The position numbers were made by a program, and so were the translations under genes. Source: an uncultured Alphaproteobacteria bacterium (GTDB lineage Bacteria; Pseudomonadota; Alphaproteobacteria; Rhizobiales; Rhizobiaceae). From it: DNA of 64,000 nucleotides. Position 1 is the stretch's first letter; each line of letters begins with the position of its first letter. This document shows, piece after piece, positions 35,654-45,195 of this stretch. The notes beneath the pieces were generated by a model. It was not told where the DNA came from and did not search any database. It saw only the letters and a list, made by a program, of their open reading frames with translations. Location: NCBI GenBank assembly GCA_963848975.1, contig CAWKFT010000016.1, positions 338,115 through 402,114 on the forward strand. The letters are read 5' to 3'.

Positions 35654-35679
35654 AACGCCATTGGCCAGGGCTTGGTTCC
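35654..35679 (-). promoter_or_regulatory. EcfG-type promoter, exact GGAAC-N17-CGTT
   Basis: Minus strand reads GGAACcaagccctggccaatggCGTT, with the -10 element ending 29 nt before the ATG at 35624. Confidence 0.55.
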
Positions 35680-35860
35680 CGGCCAGCAGCGGCGGCAGAC
35701 CCCTGTCGCGGCCGCCCCGATGGGCGCTTACCCAATTCGGATGATGGCAGAAACTTCCGCCGCGACGGACCGTTTCAGGCCTCGTTGTTGCAAACCCCGC
35801 AACACATTGAGGGGCCGGCAGAGTCTTCTGCCGGTTCCTCGCCCATCAGCGGCCGTCTGG

Positions 35861-36489
35861 CTATTTGGTGGGGATCATCGAGGCGACCGCGCGATCGCCG
35901 GGCCGCTCGCTCTCGGCGAGGCCGCCGGCAACGCCCAGACGGTCCTCGACGCTGCGGTTCTGGCTCATCTTGCGCTTGCCTTCGAGGCGGGCGATCGGCA
36001 AGCGCAGGCCGACGATGCCCTTGAGCTGGGACCTGATGAAGGCCTCCGGCGCGTCGGTGACGGCCCATGGCTGCGCGCGCTCGCCTTCGTAGAATCGAAG
36101 TCAGCCGCGAGACCGCGTCGTGCAGGCGCTGCTCGTCGTCGAAGAACTCGACCGGGCCATAGGCGTGGACGGCGACGTAGTTCCAGGTCGGGACCACCTT
36201 GCCGGTCTCTCGCTTGGCGGCGTACCAGGACGGCGTCACATAGGCGTCGGGACCCGGAAACGAGCGCCATCGCCTCGCCGATGGGCGCCAGCCGCCACTG
36301 GGGGTTGGCCCTGGCCACATGGCCGTAGAGGACGCCCATGGGCCCCTCCTCCGCTTCGAGGAAGAGGGGCAGCGGCGTCGCCACCAACCCTTCCTGCGTC
36401 GCCGTGACGAGGGTGGCGAGGCGCGTCTCGCGGATCAGCGCCCGAAGAACCTCGGGATCGTCTTCTTTGAAGGCAGGCGGCGTGTACAT
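35861..36489 (-). pseudogene. FMN-binding negative transcriptional regulator (PaiB family); about three frame changes
   Basis: [44 protein letters not shown]...HVARANPQW, then [41 protein letters not shown], then the C-terminus in the third frame ending ...MIPTK. Confidence 0.8.
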
Positions 36490-36663
36490 GCGGCGCTTAT
36501 AGCAATCCGACGATCTCGATATTGCTGGCCCGGTAAACTCCATGCATTGTCATGGTGTCACCGGCGAGGCCAGGCCGGTCGACAGCCGCAGCACAACCGC
36601 GCGTACGTGTCGCCACGCGGCGCCTCAGCGTACCTTGCGGGGGCGCCTTGAGGGAGGTGTTTC

Positions 36664-37439
36664 ATGGCAACTCAGCTCGAGTTCTGACGTCGCGGCCGGC
36701 GGCGTTCGCAGCCCGTCAGACGGTCCGGTCAGCGACCAGACGATCTTCCTGCGCCAATGGGGCGTCTATCGGAAGGTGGTCGAGAACAATTTGATGTTCC
36801 ATCGCGAGGCCTATGGGCTGCTCGAGGCGACGCTGGCTTCGCTGGGGCCGGGCCCGCTTCGCCTGCTCGACCTCGGATGCGGCGATGCGGGCAACATCGC
36901 GGCCCTGCTCCCACGCCTGCCGATCGTCCGCTATGACGGCGTCGACATCTCGCCGCAGGCCCTGGCGATCGCCGAGACGTCGCTGACCGGAACCGGGTGC
37001 GCGTTCGGGCTGCACGAGGCCGATTTCGCCTCTGCCCTGAGCGGCTGGCGCGACCCGGTCGACGTGATCTGGATCGGGCAGTCGCTCCACCATTTCCGCG
37101 CGCCCGAGAAGCGGGCGATCCTGCGCGACGCCCATCGGCTGCTCGCCGCTGGCAGACGGCGCCACGCTGGTCATCTGGGAACCGACGCTCGCCGACGGCG
37201 AGGACCGCGACGGCTGGTGCGACCGGTTTGCAAGCGGCCGGCCGGCCTGGGCGCCGCTCGAAGACGCCGAGTTCGACAGCATGGCCAGCCATGTCCGCGC
37301 GTCGGACCACCCCGAAACAAGCTCCGACTGGCTGGCGATGGGGCGCGAAGCCGGCTTCGCCGATGCCGAGGAGCTCGTCGTGTCGGCGTGGGCGCTGGCG
37401 CGGGTCTACCGGTTCCGCTGCCGCCCGGATCGAGGCTGA
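36664..37439 (+). pseudogene. class I SAM-dependent methyltransferase; frame changes near 36685 and 37150
   Basis: GGGAGG Shine-Dalgarno before ATG 36664 (MATQLE...), which immediately hits a stop. The next frame carries FLRQWGVYRKVVENNLMFHREAYG...LLDLGCGDAGNIAALLP...VIWIGQSLHHF, and the last frame GATLVIWEPTLADGEDRDGWCDRF... Confidence 0.75.
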
Positions 37440-37518
37440 GCTCAGGCCGGTCGCGTGCGCGCTTGATCATCGCTGCTCCTTGCCACACCATGGGCGTTCC
37501 ACGATCCGGGAGGTCGTC

Positions 37519-38920
37519 ATGCTCGGCAAGGCACTGGCACTCTTTGCATTCCTGGCGATCGGCGGGACGTCGCAGGCGCAGGAGCTATCCGATCTCGACA
37601 AGCGCGCCATCGAGCGGCGGGCCGTCGAGGCGGTGATCTGGGGGATGCCAGCGGTCAACTTCGATCTCATGCTGCAGGCGATGATCGGCTCGGCCAAGGG
37701 AAAGCCGAACCAGATCGTCTACTGGTCCGGCCTGCCCGACTGGAAGAACCAGACGCTCACGCCGAATCCCGATGCCATCTACCTGATGGCGTTCATCGAC
37801 ACCCAGGAGGTGGGGCCGATGGTGCTGGAAATCCCCCCGGCGGAGGGCGGGTCGATCACCGGCAGCATCGACGATGCCTGGCAGACGGCCATCGAGGACG
37901 TCGGCCCGGCCGGCGTCGACAAGGGCAAGGGCGGCAAGTACCTGATCTTGCCGCCCGGCTATGACGAGGAGGTGCCCGAAGGCTACGTCGCCTGCCCCTC
38001 GGCGACCTACCAGAGCTACGCCCTGCTTCGCTCGATCCTGAGTTCGGGCAGCGCCGAGGACGTGGCCAAGGCGGTCGACTACGGCCGCCGCATCAAGCTC
38101 TACCCGCTCGAAGCAGGCCGCCAATCCCGGCGCAACCCAGTTCGTCGACGCCATCGACGTCGTCTTCGATGCGACCATCCCTTATGACGCGCGCTTCTTC
38201 AGCTCGCTCGACCGGTTCGTCCAGAAGGAGCCGTGGCTGGAGCGCGACAAGGCGATGATCGACCCGCTCAAGACCCTCGGCATCGAGAAGGGAAAGCCGT
38301 TCAGCCCTGACAAGCAGACCGAGACCATTCTCGCTGCCGCAGCCAAGGAGGCGCAGGCTTGGCTCGAGGCGCAGTACGAGGGTGCCTTCACACCTTTCTT
38401 TGCGACCTCGCGATGGGCCGTGCCAGTGGCGCCCGAGGTCATCGAGGCCCTCCAGGCCAATTATGGTCAACCCGACAGCTATCCCGTCGACGGGCGGGGC
38501 CTCACCTATTCCTTCGTCTTCTTCAGCGCCAAACATCTCGGCGCCGGTCAGTTCTACCTGATGACCGTCAAGGACAAGGACGGCAACGACTTCGACGGAG
38601 GAGCCGGCTACCGGCTGACGGTTCCCCCAGACGCGCCTGTCAGGCAGTACTGGTCGGCGACCCTCTACGACCGCGCGACGCACGGGCTGATCCGCGACAA
38701 GGACCGGGCAAGCCGCTCGTCGCAGACCCCGGAGCTGGTGAAGAACGCAGACGGCTCGGTCGATCTCTTCTTTGCTCCCGAGCCGCCCGCCGGCAAGGAG
38801 GCGAACTGGGTGCCGACCGAACCCGGGAGCAAGTTCGAGGTGCTGTTCCGGCTCTACGGCCCCACCAAGACCTTCTTCGACAAGGCCTGGGTACTGCCGG
38901 ACGTCGTCAAGGCCGAGTGA
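37519..38920 (+). pseudogene. DUF1254 + DUF1214 domain secreted protein; one frame change near 38115
   Basis: GGGAGG Shine-Dalgarno. MLGKALALFAFLAIGGTSQA signal peptide. AVEAVIWGMPAVNFDLM...NPDAIYLMAF... then DARFFSSLDRFVQKEPW...YWSATLYDRATHGLI...NWVPTEPGSKFEVLFRLYGP. Confidence 0.85.
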
Positions 38921-38989
38921 TAGCGCGCCGGGCCAGGCTGCAAGGAGCCTGGACCTGGGACGGAGCGCAACGAGGAAGGGACACGCGCG

Positions 38990-39166
38990 ATGAAGCGATT
39001 TCTTGCGTCTCTGGTGGTGGCAGGTCTCACCGCTCTCGTCGGGTGCCAGGGCGGGTCGAGCGGCCCGACACCGATCGGCGCAGCGGCGAGCGAGCCTGGC
39101 CTCTACTACAATCCGCACAGCCTGGGGTGCAATTCGATCCGGGCTCAGTCGGAAGGCTTCTGCTGA
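38990..39166 (+). CDS. small lipoprotein (58 aa; below track cutoff)
   Basis: GAGGAAGGG Shine-Dalgarno. MKRFLASLVVAGLTALVGCQGGSSGP has a lipobox (LVGC). Confidence 0.5.
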   Translation: MKRFLASLVVAGLTALVGCQGGSSGPTPIGAAASEPGLYYNPHSLGCNSIRAQSEGFC

Positions 39167-39180
39167 GCCAGCCGGGGGAC

Positions 39181-39793
39181 ACGACGATCGCCGCGATCGA
39201 ATGCCGGCCCGCAAACGAGGCGACCTGCCGCGACCTGGAGACCATCTTCGGCTCGCGCGGCGAGGCCGCGCGGTGCTGGTGCCAGCGGTACAAGCTGCAG
39301 CCGCGCGAGTTGTTCGGCTCGATTCCCTCGGCGGTGCGCGCCGAGAGGCTGCGCCAGCAGACCCGCTGCGGCGAATGCCGGCGCGGCGACGACCACCGGC
39401 CTCGTCGCCTATCGCGACGGCGAGCCGGTGGGGTGGTGCGCGGTCGAGCCGCGCTCGGCATATCCGGGCCTGCTCCGCGTCTATCGCGTTCCCTGGCTCG
39501 GTCGCGACGAGGACAAGAACGACGGCAGCGTCTGGGCCGTGACCTGTGTCTTCACGCGTGCCGGGTATCGGAGGCAAGGAGTCAGCAGGGCGCTGGTCCG
39601 CGCCGCGGTCGACTTTGCCAGGCTGCGCGGCGCCCGCGCCATCGAAGGCTACCCGATGATCACCCAGCCGCAGCAGGAGGTTGCATGGGGCGAACTGCAC
39701 GTCGGGAGCCACGGCATCTTTGCGGCGGCGGGATTCCAGGAAATCGGCCGGCCGACGCCGCGCCGGGCGGTGATGCGAATCGACTTCCAGTAG
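39181..39793 (+). pseudogene. GNAT family N-acetyltransferase; one frame change near 39390, start unresolved
   Basis: IECRPANEATCRDLETIFGSRGEAARCWCQRYKL... (ORF 38359..39849 frame), then GLVAYRDGEPVGWCAVEPRSAYPGLL...VTCVFTRAGYRRQGVSRALVRAAVDFARLRGARAIEGYP (ORF 39428..39793). No ATG or GTG seen at the expected N-terminus. Confidence 0.75.
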
Positions 39794-39984
39794 AAAACCA
39801 GCCGCGGCTCGAGATGCACGCGCCGCCGCGAAAGTTCTCGCCGACTTAATACATGCCGACAAGCCGTCGGGCGACATCAGTCGAGCGTTAACCTCGGCCT
39901 CGGAAATATTGCCGGCTCCAGTTGCATCGATCTGAAAGTTGCTGTTTCTCAGCCGAGCATTTTGGCGTTCGAGGGCAACGCACC

Positions 39985-40260
39985 ATGATCATGAATGCAT
40001 TCAAACTGCCGGTGAACATCTTCGTCGGCCTCGGTTTCTCGCGCCAGGTCGGCGGAGTCGGCGAGGCGCATCGGGTTCTCTCGGAGTGGCCGGAGACCGG
40101 CCGCGGCCCGTTCCACGCGGCCGCACTTGCGGCGTGCTGGTCGGCGCTGACCGGGCAGAGCGACGCCGACATGGCGCGCCTGGAGTTCGAACGCTTCGCG
40201 CAGGAGCGCGGGATCCTCGCCTCCGAGGCGTCGGACCCTGCCGGATGGCGCGCCGCCTAG
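39985..40260 (+). CDS. DUF982 domain protein
   Basis: MIMNAFKLPVNIFVGLGFSRQVGGVGEAHRVLSEWPETGRGPFHAAALAACWSALTGQSDADMARLEFERFAQERGIL shows the typical Rhizobiales DUF982 pattern. Confidence 0.8.
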   Translation: MIMNAFKLPVNIFVGLGFSRQVGGVGEAHRVLSEWPETGRGPFHAAALAACWSALTGQSDADMARLEFERFAQERGILASEASDPAGWRAA

Positions 40261-40262
40261 GG

Positions 40263-41096
40263 CTAGTTCCGCGTCACGATCTGGATGTAGTTGACCGTCT
40301 CCATCGGCAGCTTCTTGCGCTTGCCGAACATGCATTGCTCGCCGCAATTGTAGCCGGTCAAGGTCTGCTTGATATCGCCGCCCGACAAGTTGAGCAGATG
40401 CTTGAGCTCCTTGACGCCGGCCTCCGCGCCGGTGCGACAGTTGCTGAGCTGCTTGGTCGAATAGCCGTGCTTGGCGCCCGTGCGCGGCATGACCTGCATG
40501 ACGCCCAGGGCCCCCGCCGAAGACTTGGCGCCGCAATTGCCCCGCGATTCCTGCTTGGCGACGCGCAGCGCCAGTTCTACCGGGACCTGGTGGATCTTGG
40601 CAGCGCGGATGACTTCCTGGTAGCCGGGCTTCGCCATCTCGATGCCGGACACCCTGGGAACGGATTGCGAGAGAACCGGCGTGTCGGAATTGCGGATCCC
40701 GAACAGGGAGGACAGCCGCCACTGCTCGTTCAGCGGGGCATCTTCGGCATAGGCTTTCTCGACCGTCCTGGATTCCGTCGTCTGAACCGTGATCTTGGTT
40801 CTGACCTTGGGCTTCTGGATCAGCCTGTCAACTGTCGACACTTTGGTGGGTCGGGCTTGATCCACCGGTTCTCTCTTCTCTTCCAACTTGGAAAAGATGA
40901 AGGGCATGGGGATCTGCGCGTCGGCGGGGCCGAATCGTACGTTTGGGCCGAACCTGGCGGCGATCGGCATCGGCGGCCTGCCCAGGCGGTCGTGCTTGAC
41001 CGATTGCGTGTGCTCTATCGAGGGCGTCAGTCGCGGCCCAGTATCCGGGTACGGACAGCTCAGCAGTGAAGCGAGCAGGCAAACGGCTGCCGACAT
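40263..41096 (-). CDS. lytic transglycosylase (SLT domain) lipoprotein with an unknown N-terminal region
   Basis: MSAAVCLLASLLSC lipobox-like start. SLT motifs AKQESRGNCGAKSSAGALGVMQVMPRTG ... GYNCGEQ ... ETVNYIQIV. Intact. G+C visibly lower than the flanks. Confidence 0.85.
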   Translation of the reverse strand: MSAAVCLLASLLSCPYPDTGPRLTPSIEHTQSVKHDRLGRPPMPIAARFGPNVRFGPADAQIPMPFIFSKLEEKREPVDQARPTKVSTVDRLIQKPKVRTKITVQTTESRTVEKAYAEDAPLNEQWRLSSLFGIRNSDTPVLSQSVPRVSGIEMAKPGYQEVIRAAKIHQVPVELALRVAKQESRGNCGAKSSAGALGVMQVMPRTGAKHGYSTKQLSNCRTGAEAGVKELKHLLNLSGGDIKQTLTGYNCGEQCMFGKRKKLPMETVNYIQIVTRN

Positions 41097-41383
41097 CGAG
41101 GACGTCCCACCAATTCGTAAAAGAACCCTTTCCGAACTCCAGTTCTATACCCTCACTTTCGAGAGCAAAGCTCAAAAGCTCCTGCTGAAAGCCGCCAACC
41201 GACAGAATTGGGGGAACTGTTGCAAATAGGAAACAGCGGCTGTGACCGCGCGCAATGGAAGAGTCCCGTCAACTTCAGAGAAGTGGTTGAAGAAGCGAGG
41301 GAAAAATCGAGAGGATGGAAGGAGGGGCTTCCAAGGACGAGATTTTTAGAGCAGCGCCGCCGAAGCAATAGGTGCTGAGGATT

Positions 41384-41415
41384 GGCCCAGGCTGCCGATC
41401 GTCGTGGCCTGGGCC
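41384..41415 (-). terminator. 9-bp stem-loop just downstream of the small ORF (terminator candidate)
   Basis: ggcccaggc-N14-gcctgggcc. Confidence 0.4.
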
Positions 41416-41427
41416 TCCCTCGACGGG

Positions 41428-41745
41428 TCAGACCAGCTGGATCGCCTCCGACCACCAGAATGAAACCGTCTCTCCATCCGCCTTCTTGGAGACCATCAGC
41501 CCCATGCCGAGTGCCGGGCCCCGCTGAAACTCCTGGCCAAAGTGGTCCTCGTGGGGGTCCGGATTTATCTCCCACCTGGTGCCATCGAAGGGACCACTCT
41601 TGAACGCCATGCAGGAGCCGTGCTTCTGAATGACCCAAGCATCGAGCCTCAACACCTTCTCGCCCTTGTCCAGCTCCAGGGGTCCTGCAGGCGTGACACA
41701 TCCATGATGGTCTATCGTAAGCTTATCGTCGAAGTTAGGTGGCAT
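41428..41745 (-). CDS. hypothetical 105-aa protein downstream of the cyclase-STAND gene
   Basis: GGAG 8 nt before the ATG. MPPNFDDKLTIDHHGCVTPAGPLELDKGEKVLRLDAWVIQKHGSCMAFKSGPFDGTRWEINPDPHEDHFG... No family recognised. Lower G+C. Confidence 0.55.
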   Translation of the reverse strand: MPPNFDDKLTIDHHGCVTPAGPLELDKGEKVLRLDAWVIQKHGSCMAFKSGPFDGTRWEINPDPHEDHFGQEFQRGPALGMGLMVSKKADGETVSFWWSEAIQLV

Positions 41746-41834
41746 CGCATCATCTCCGACCAAGTTGTCTCGAAGTGGCGCGGCAGATCGCATCGCCACC
41801 TTCCCACAGTGTTCCATTTCAGCGAAGTACAGTC

Positions 41835-44800
41835 TCACATCTTGACGAGGTTGCCTAGCCGAAGACGGGTCGCGGCGGCGGCGACCAGGTTTTCCTTCTG
41901 CTCGTAGAGCTGCAGCGCCCCGGTCGCAGCGGCGACCGCCTCGTCGCAGCGGCGGGATGCCTCGAGCACGTGCGACAGGTCGACCAGCGCATCCGCCCGG
42001 TCGTTGACGAAGTCGGTGGCCTCGGCGATGGCCAACGCCTCGCGCGCGAGCGTCTCTGCCGCGCGGACATCCGCCCGCCGGGCGAGCACGCGTGCACGCA
42101 CGCGGCGCCAACGAACCTGCGTCGTCAGGTCGCCGCTCGACGCCAGCTGGGCGCTCAGCAAGGCAAACTCCTCGGCCTCGTCGTCGCGGCCCTGCTCGAG
42201 GATCACCGCGGCAAGCGAAGCGGCCATCGTCGAGCGAAACGCGCGTTCGCCCATCTCGTCGAGCGCGCGATAGGCCGCTCGCGCGCTCCTTTCGGCCGCT
42301 GCCGGGTTGCCGGCGAGCAGCTCGACGACGGCCTCGTGCTCGGAGGACGCCACGTAGAGCGTGAGGCCGAGGTCGGCATAGGCCGCATTGCTCGTGGCGA
42401 TCAGCTCGCGGGCAAGCGCGAAGCGGCCGACGATCGCGTTGAGGCAGGCGAGCTGGCGGAGGATCGCCGCCTCGGACTCCGGGCTTTCCCGCACCTCCGC
42501 GCGCATCGCCTCGCAACGACGGATGCCCTCGGCGGCCGGGGTCGGCCCGAACCAGAGGGCGGAGGCGATCCAGGTGAGGATCTCGTTGTACTCGTGCCGG
42601 TCCCCCGCCTGCCGCGCGTGGCCGGCCGCCAGCTCCCAGGCCGCAGCGGCCGCCTCGCCACGCGCCCCGTTGAAGAACAGCCACGCCTCGAGCCGCCTTG
42701 CGCGACAGAGGCCGAGATTGTCCTCCAGGCGCTCGAAGACGGGGATCACTTTGGCCGCCGCGCGTGCCGCCTCCGCCAGCCCGCCCTCCTCGCCGCGGAG
42801 CAGCCGCAGAAACTGCCGCTGGACGAGAACATGCGCCGCCAGGCGCTGGTCGCCGGCGGTGGCCGCCAACTGCTCCGCCTCGTCCAGCACGCGCCCGGCG
42901 TCGTCCAGCCGGCCAATCTCGATCAACGCGCCGCTCTGCTCGGCGAAGAGCGCGATCCGCTGCGGATCGTCGGCGGGAAGCAGGCGCGAAACCCGCTCGA
43001 GCAGGCTGATCGCCGCCGGCAGGTCGCCGCGGACGAGCGCCCGCCGCCCGGCTGCCGCCAGCCGTTCGCACGCCCGGGAGGCCAGCGAGGTCGCCACCGC
43101 GTCGCGCGGGCCCAGCGCGACACGAAACTGGAAGGCCTGTTCGAGGTGATAGCCGACGATCTCCTCGAACTCGCGGAGCCGGTCCGCGGCGATGCGCTGG
43201 AGCCAGGCGGCGAAGCGCTCGTGCAGGTCGGTGCGCGCGTTCTTGGGCAGCGAGCGATACGCGGCGTCGTGGATCAGGACGTGACGGAAGCGATAGGCCT
43301 TCTCGCCGGCAAACGAAGCCGCCTCCGGGCGGATCAGGTCCCGGCGGACGAGCGCGAGCAAGCCGTCCTCGAGCGCGTCGGCAACGGGGCAGGCAAGCTC
43401 GCTGACGGCGCTTCGGTGGAAAACCGGACCCTCGACCGATGCGGCGGTCAGGATGGCGCGCTCGACGGCCGGCAGGCCCTCCAGGCGGGCGGCAAGAAGC
43501 GCGTTGATGGTCGAGGGAACGGGCAGCTCGGCGAGGTCCGACACGGCAACCCAGCTGTCGGGGGCGCGCCTGAGCAATGCGTCGTCGACCAGCATCGCCA
43601 CGAGCTCCTCTGCAAACAGCGCATTGCCCTCGGCGGCGCTGGAGATCCTGGACTCGGCGGCGGGCGGAAGAGGCGCGCGGCCAAGCAGGTTGGAGATGAG
43701 CTCGCGACACTCAGCGTCGCTGAGCCGCTCGAGGAGGATCGACGTGGCATTGCGCTTGCCCGCCCCCCAGCGGGCCCGCGTGTCGAACAGCTCCGGACGC
43801 GACATGCAGACGAGCAGGATCGGAAAGTCGCGCGAGAAATCGGCGACGTGCTCGACCAGGTCGAGGAAGGTCGCTTCGGCCCAATGGATGTCGTCCACCA
43901 CGACGACGAGCGGCCCTTTTCGGGCGATCGCCTCGAAGAGCTTGCGGACCGCCCAGGCGGTCTCCTCGGTCGTCCCCGGCCCTGCGCCGCCTTGCCCGAG
44001 TGCCGCGGTCACCCGCTCGGCGATCAGCCCGGCCTTCTCGTCGCCGGCCAGCCGGGCTGCGATCACCGCCGCCAGCTGCTCGCCGGAGTCCAGTCCCTCG
44101 GCGCGCGTGAGCTCGCGGACGATCTCGGCCAGCGGCCAATAGGTGATGCCCTCGCCATAGGGCAAGCAGCGGCCGCGCAAGACCGTGACCCCCCCTTCGA
44201 GGGTGCTCGTGAACTCCTGGACGAGCCGCGACTTTCCCACCCCGGCCTCGCCGAAGATGGTGACCAGGTGACAGGTCCTGTCATCGACGGCGTTGCGGAA
44301 GACGGTCTCCAGCAGAGCGCGTTGGCGTTGGCGTCCGACGAACGGCGAGTCGAAGCGGCGGGCGACGCCCGGGGCATGGGCGAGGACATCGACCACGGTG
44401 AAGGCGCGGATGGTCTCGCCGTGCTTGAGCGGGCGCGGTCCGCTCGGCTCGACCACGACTGCATCGCGCACGAGCCTGTGCGTCGAGGCGCCGATCAGGA
44501 TCTCATTCGCCCTCGCTGCCTCTTCAAGGCGCTTGGCGACATTGACCGCCTCTCCGGCGACCGAGAAATAACCTTGCATATTGTCTCCGGCGATTACCTC
44601 GCCGGTGTTGACGCCGATCCGATTCACGAGGCGGACGCCCCAGCCGGCTTCCAGCTCGTCGTTGAGACTGGCGAGCGTATCGCGCATCTCCACCGCCGCC
44701 CGCACGGCGCGCACGGCGTCGTCTTCGTAGACGCGCGGCACCCCGAAGACGGCCATGATCGCGTCGCCGATGTAGTTGTCCACGCTGCCGCCGTGCCGTT

Positions 44801-44972
44801 GGATGACGGCGCTCAGCGCGCCGAAGTAGCGGGTGAGCAGGTTGCGGAGCGCCTCAGGATCGAGCGTGAGGCTGAGACGCGACGAATCCACGATGTCTGC
44901 GAAAAGAATTGTGATGACCTTCCGCACGTCTCGTGCGGGCTTTCGCTCGGGCTCAGGCGCGGCCTTCACCAT
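41835..44972 (-). CDS. class III adenylate/guanylate cyclase fused to a STAND/AAA ATPase and TPR-like repeats (1045 aa)
   Basis: Cyclase ITILFADIVDSSRL...GGSVDNYIGDAIMAVFG...RIGVNTGEVIAG...VAGEAVNVAKRLE. Walker A FGEAGVGKSRL. Walker B LVVVVDDIHWAE. Long helical repeat C-terminus. Intact. Confidence 0.95.
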   Translation of the reverse strand: MVKAAPEPERKPARDVRKVITILFADIVDSSRLSLTLDPEALRNLLTRYFGALSAVIQRHGGSVDNYIGDAIMAVFGVPRVYEDDAVRAVRAAVEMRDTLASLNDELEAGWGVRLVNRIGVNTGEVIAGDNMQGYFSVAGEAVNVAKRLEEAARANEILIGASTHRLVRDAVVVEPSGPRPLKHGETIRAFTVVDVLAHAPGVARRFDSPFVGRQRQRALLETVFRNAVDDRTCHLVTIFGEAGVGKSRLVQEFTSTLEGGVTVLRGRCLPYGEGITYWPLAEIVRELTRAEGLDSGEQLAAVIAARLAGDEKAGLIAERVTAALGQGGAGPGTTEETAWAVRKLFEAIARKGPLVVVVDDIHWAEATFLDLVEHVADFSRDFPILLVCMSRPELFDTRARWGAGKRNATSILLERLSDAECRELISNLLGRAPLPPAAESRISSAAEGNALFAEELVAMLVDDALLRRAPDSWVAVSDLAELPVPSTINALLAARLEGLPAVERAILTAASVEGPVFHRSAVSELACPVADALEDGLLALVRRDLIRPEAASFAGEKAYRFRHVLIHDAAYRSLPKNARTDLHERFAAWLQRIAADRLREFEEIVGYHLEQAFQFRVALGPRDAVATSLASRACERLAAAGRRALVRGDLPAAISLLERVSRLLPADDPQRIALFAEQSGALIEIGRLDDAGRVLDEAEQLAATAGDQRLAAHVLVQRQFLRLLRGEEGGLAEAARAAAKVIPVFERLEDNLGLCRARRLEAWLFFNGARGEAAAAAWELAAGHARQAGDRHEYNEILTWIASALWFGPTPAAEGIRRCEAMRAEVRESPESEAAILRQLACLNAIVGRFALARELIATSNAAYADLGLTLYVASSEHEAVVELLAGNPAAAERSARAAYRALDEMGERAFRSTMAASLAAVILEQGRDDEAEEFALLSAQLASSGDLTTQVRWRRVRARVLARRADVRAAETLAREALAIAEATDFVNDRADALVDLSHVLEASRRCDEAVAAATGALQLYEQKENLVAAAATRLRLGNLVKM

Positions 44973-45195
44973 GTCCTCGGCTCCGGTAAGACTTCGGGCT
45001 CGGCGGCCTGATCGCTGCCCGTGTTCGAAAGCGGGGGCATGGTAGCACCGCTTCCCTCAACGCTCCAAGACATGCGGGCCTGAAAGAATAGTCAGTCTCA
45101 CGGAATACAAAGCGGGTTGCTTCCTTTGCGTAAGCTTCACGGATTGCGTACACTTCAGTCAGCCTGCGCGACAGGCATCACGAGGGGAGGAGCAA

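Noticed and set aside
41970-45011. 1013-aa ORF on the plus strand
   Set aside because: It is entirely antisense to the well-supported cyclase-STAND-TPR gene. Its translation is Arg/Ala/Gly/Pro-rich with no recognisable motifs. This is a typical shadow ORF of high-G+C DNA.
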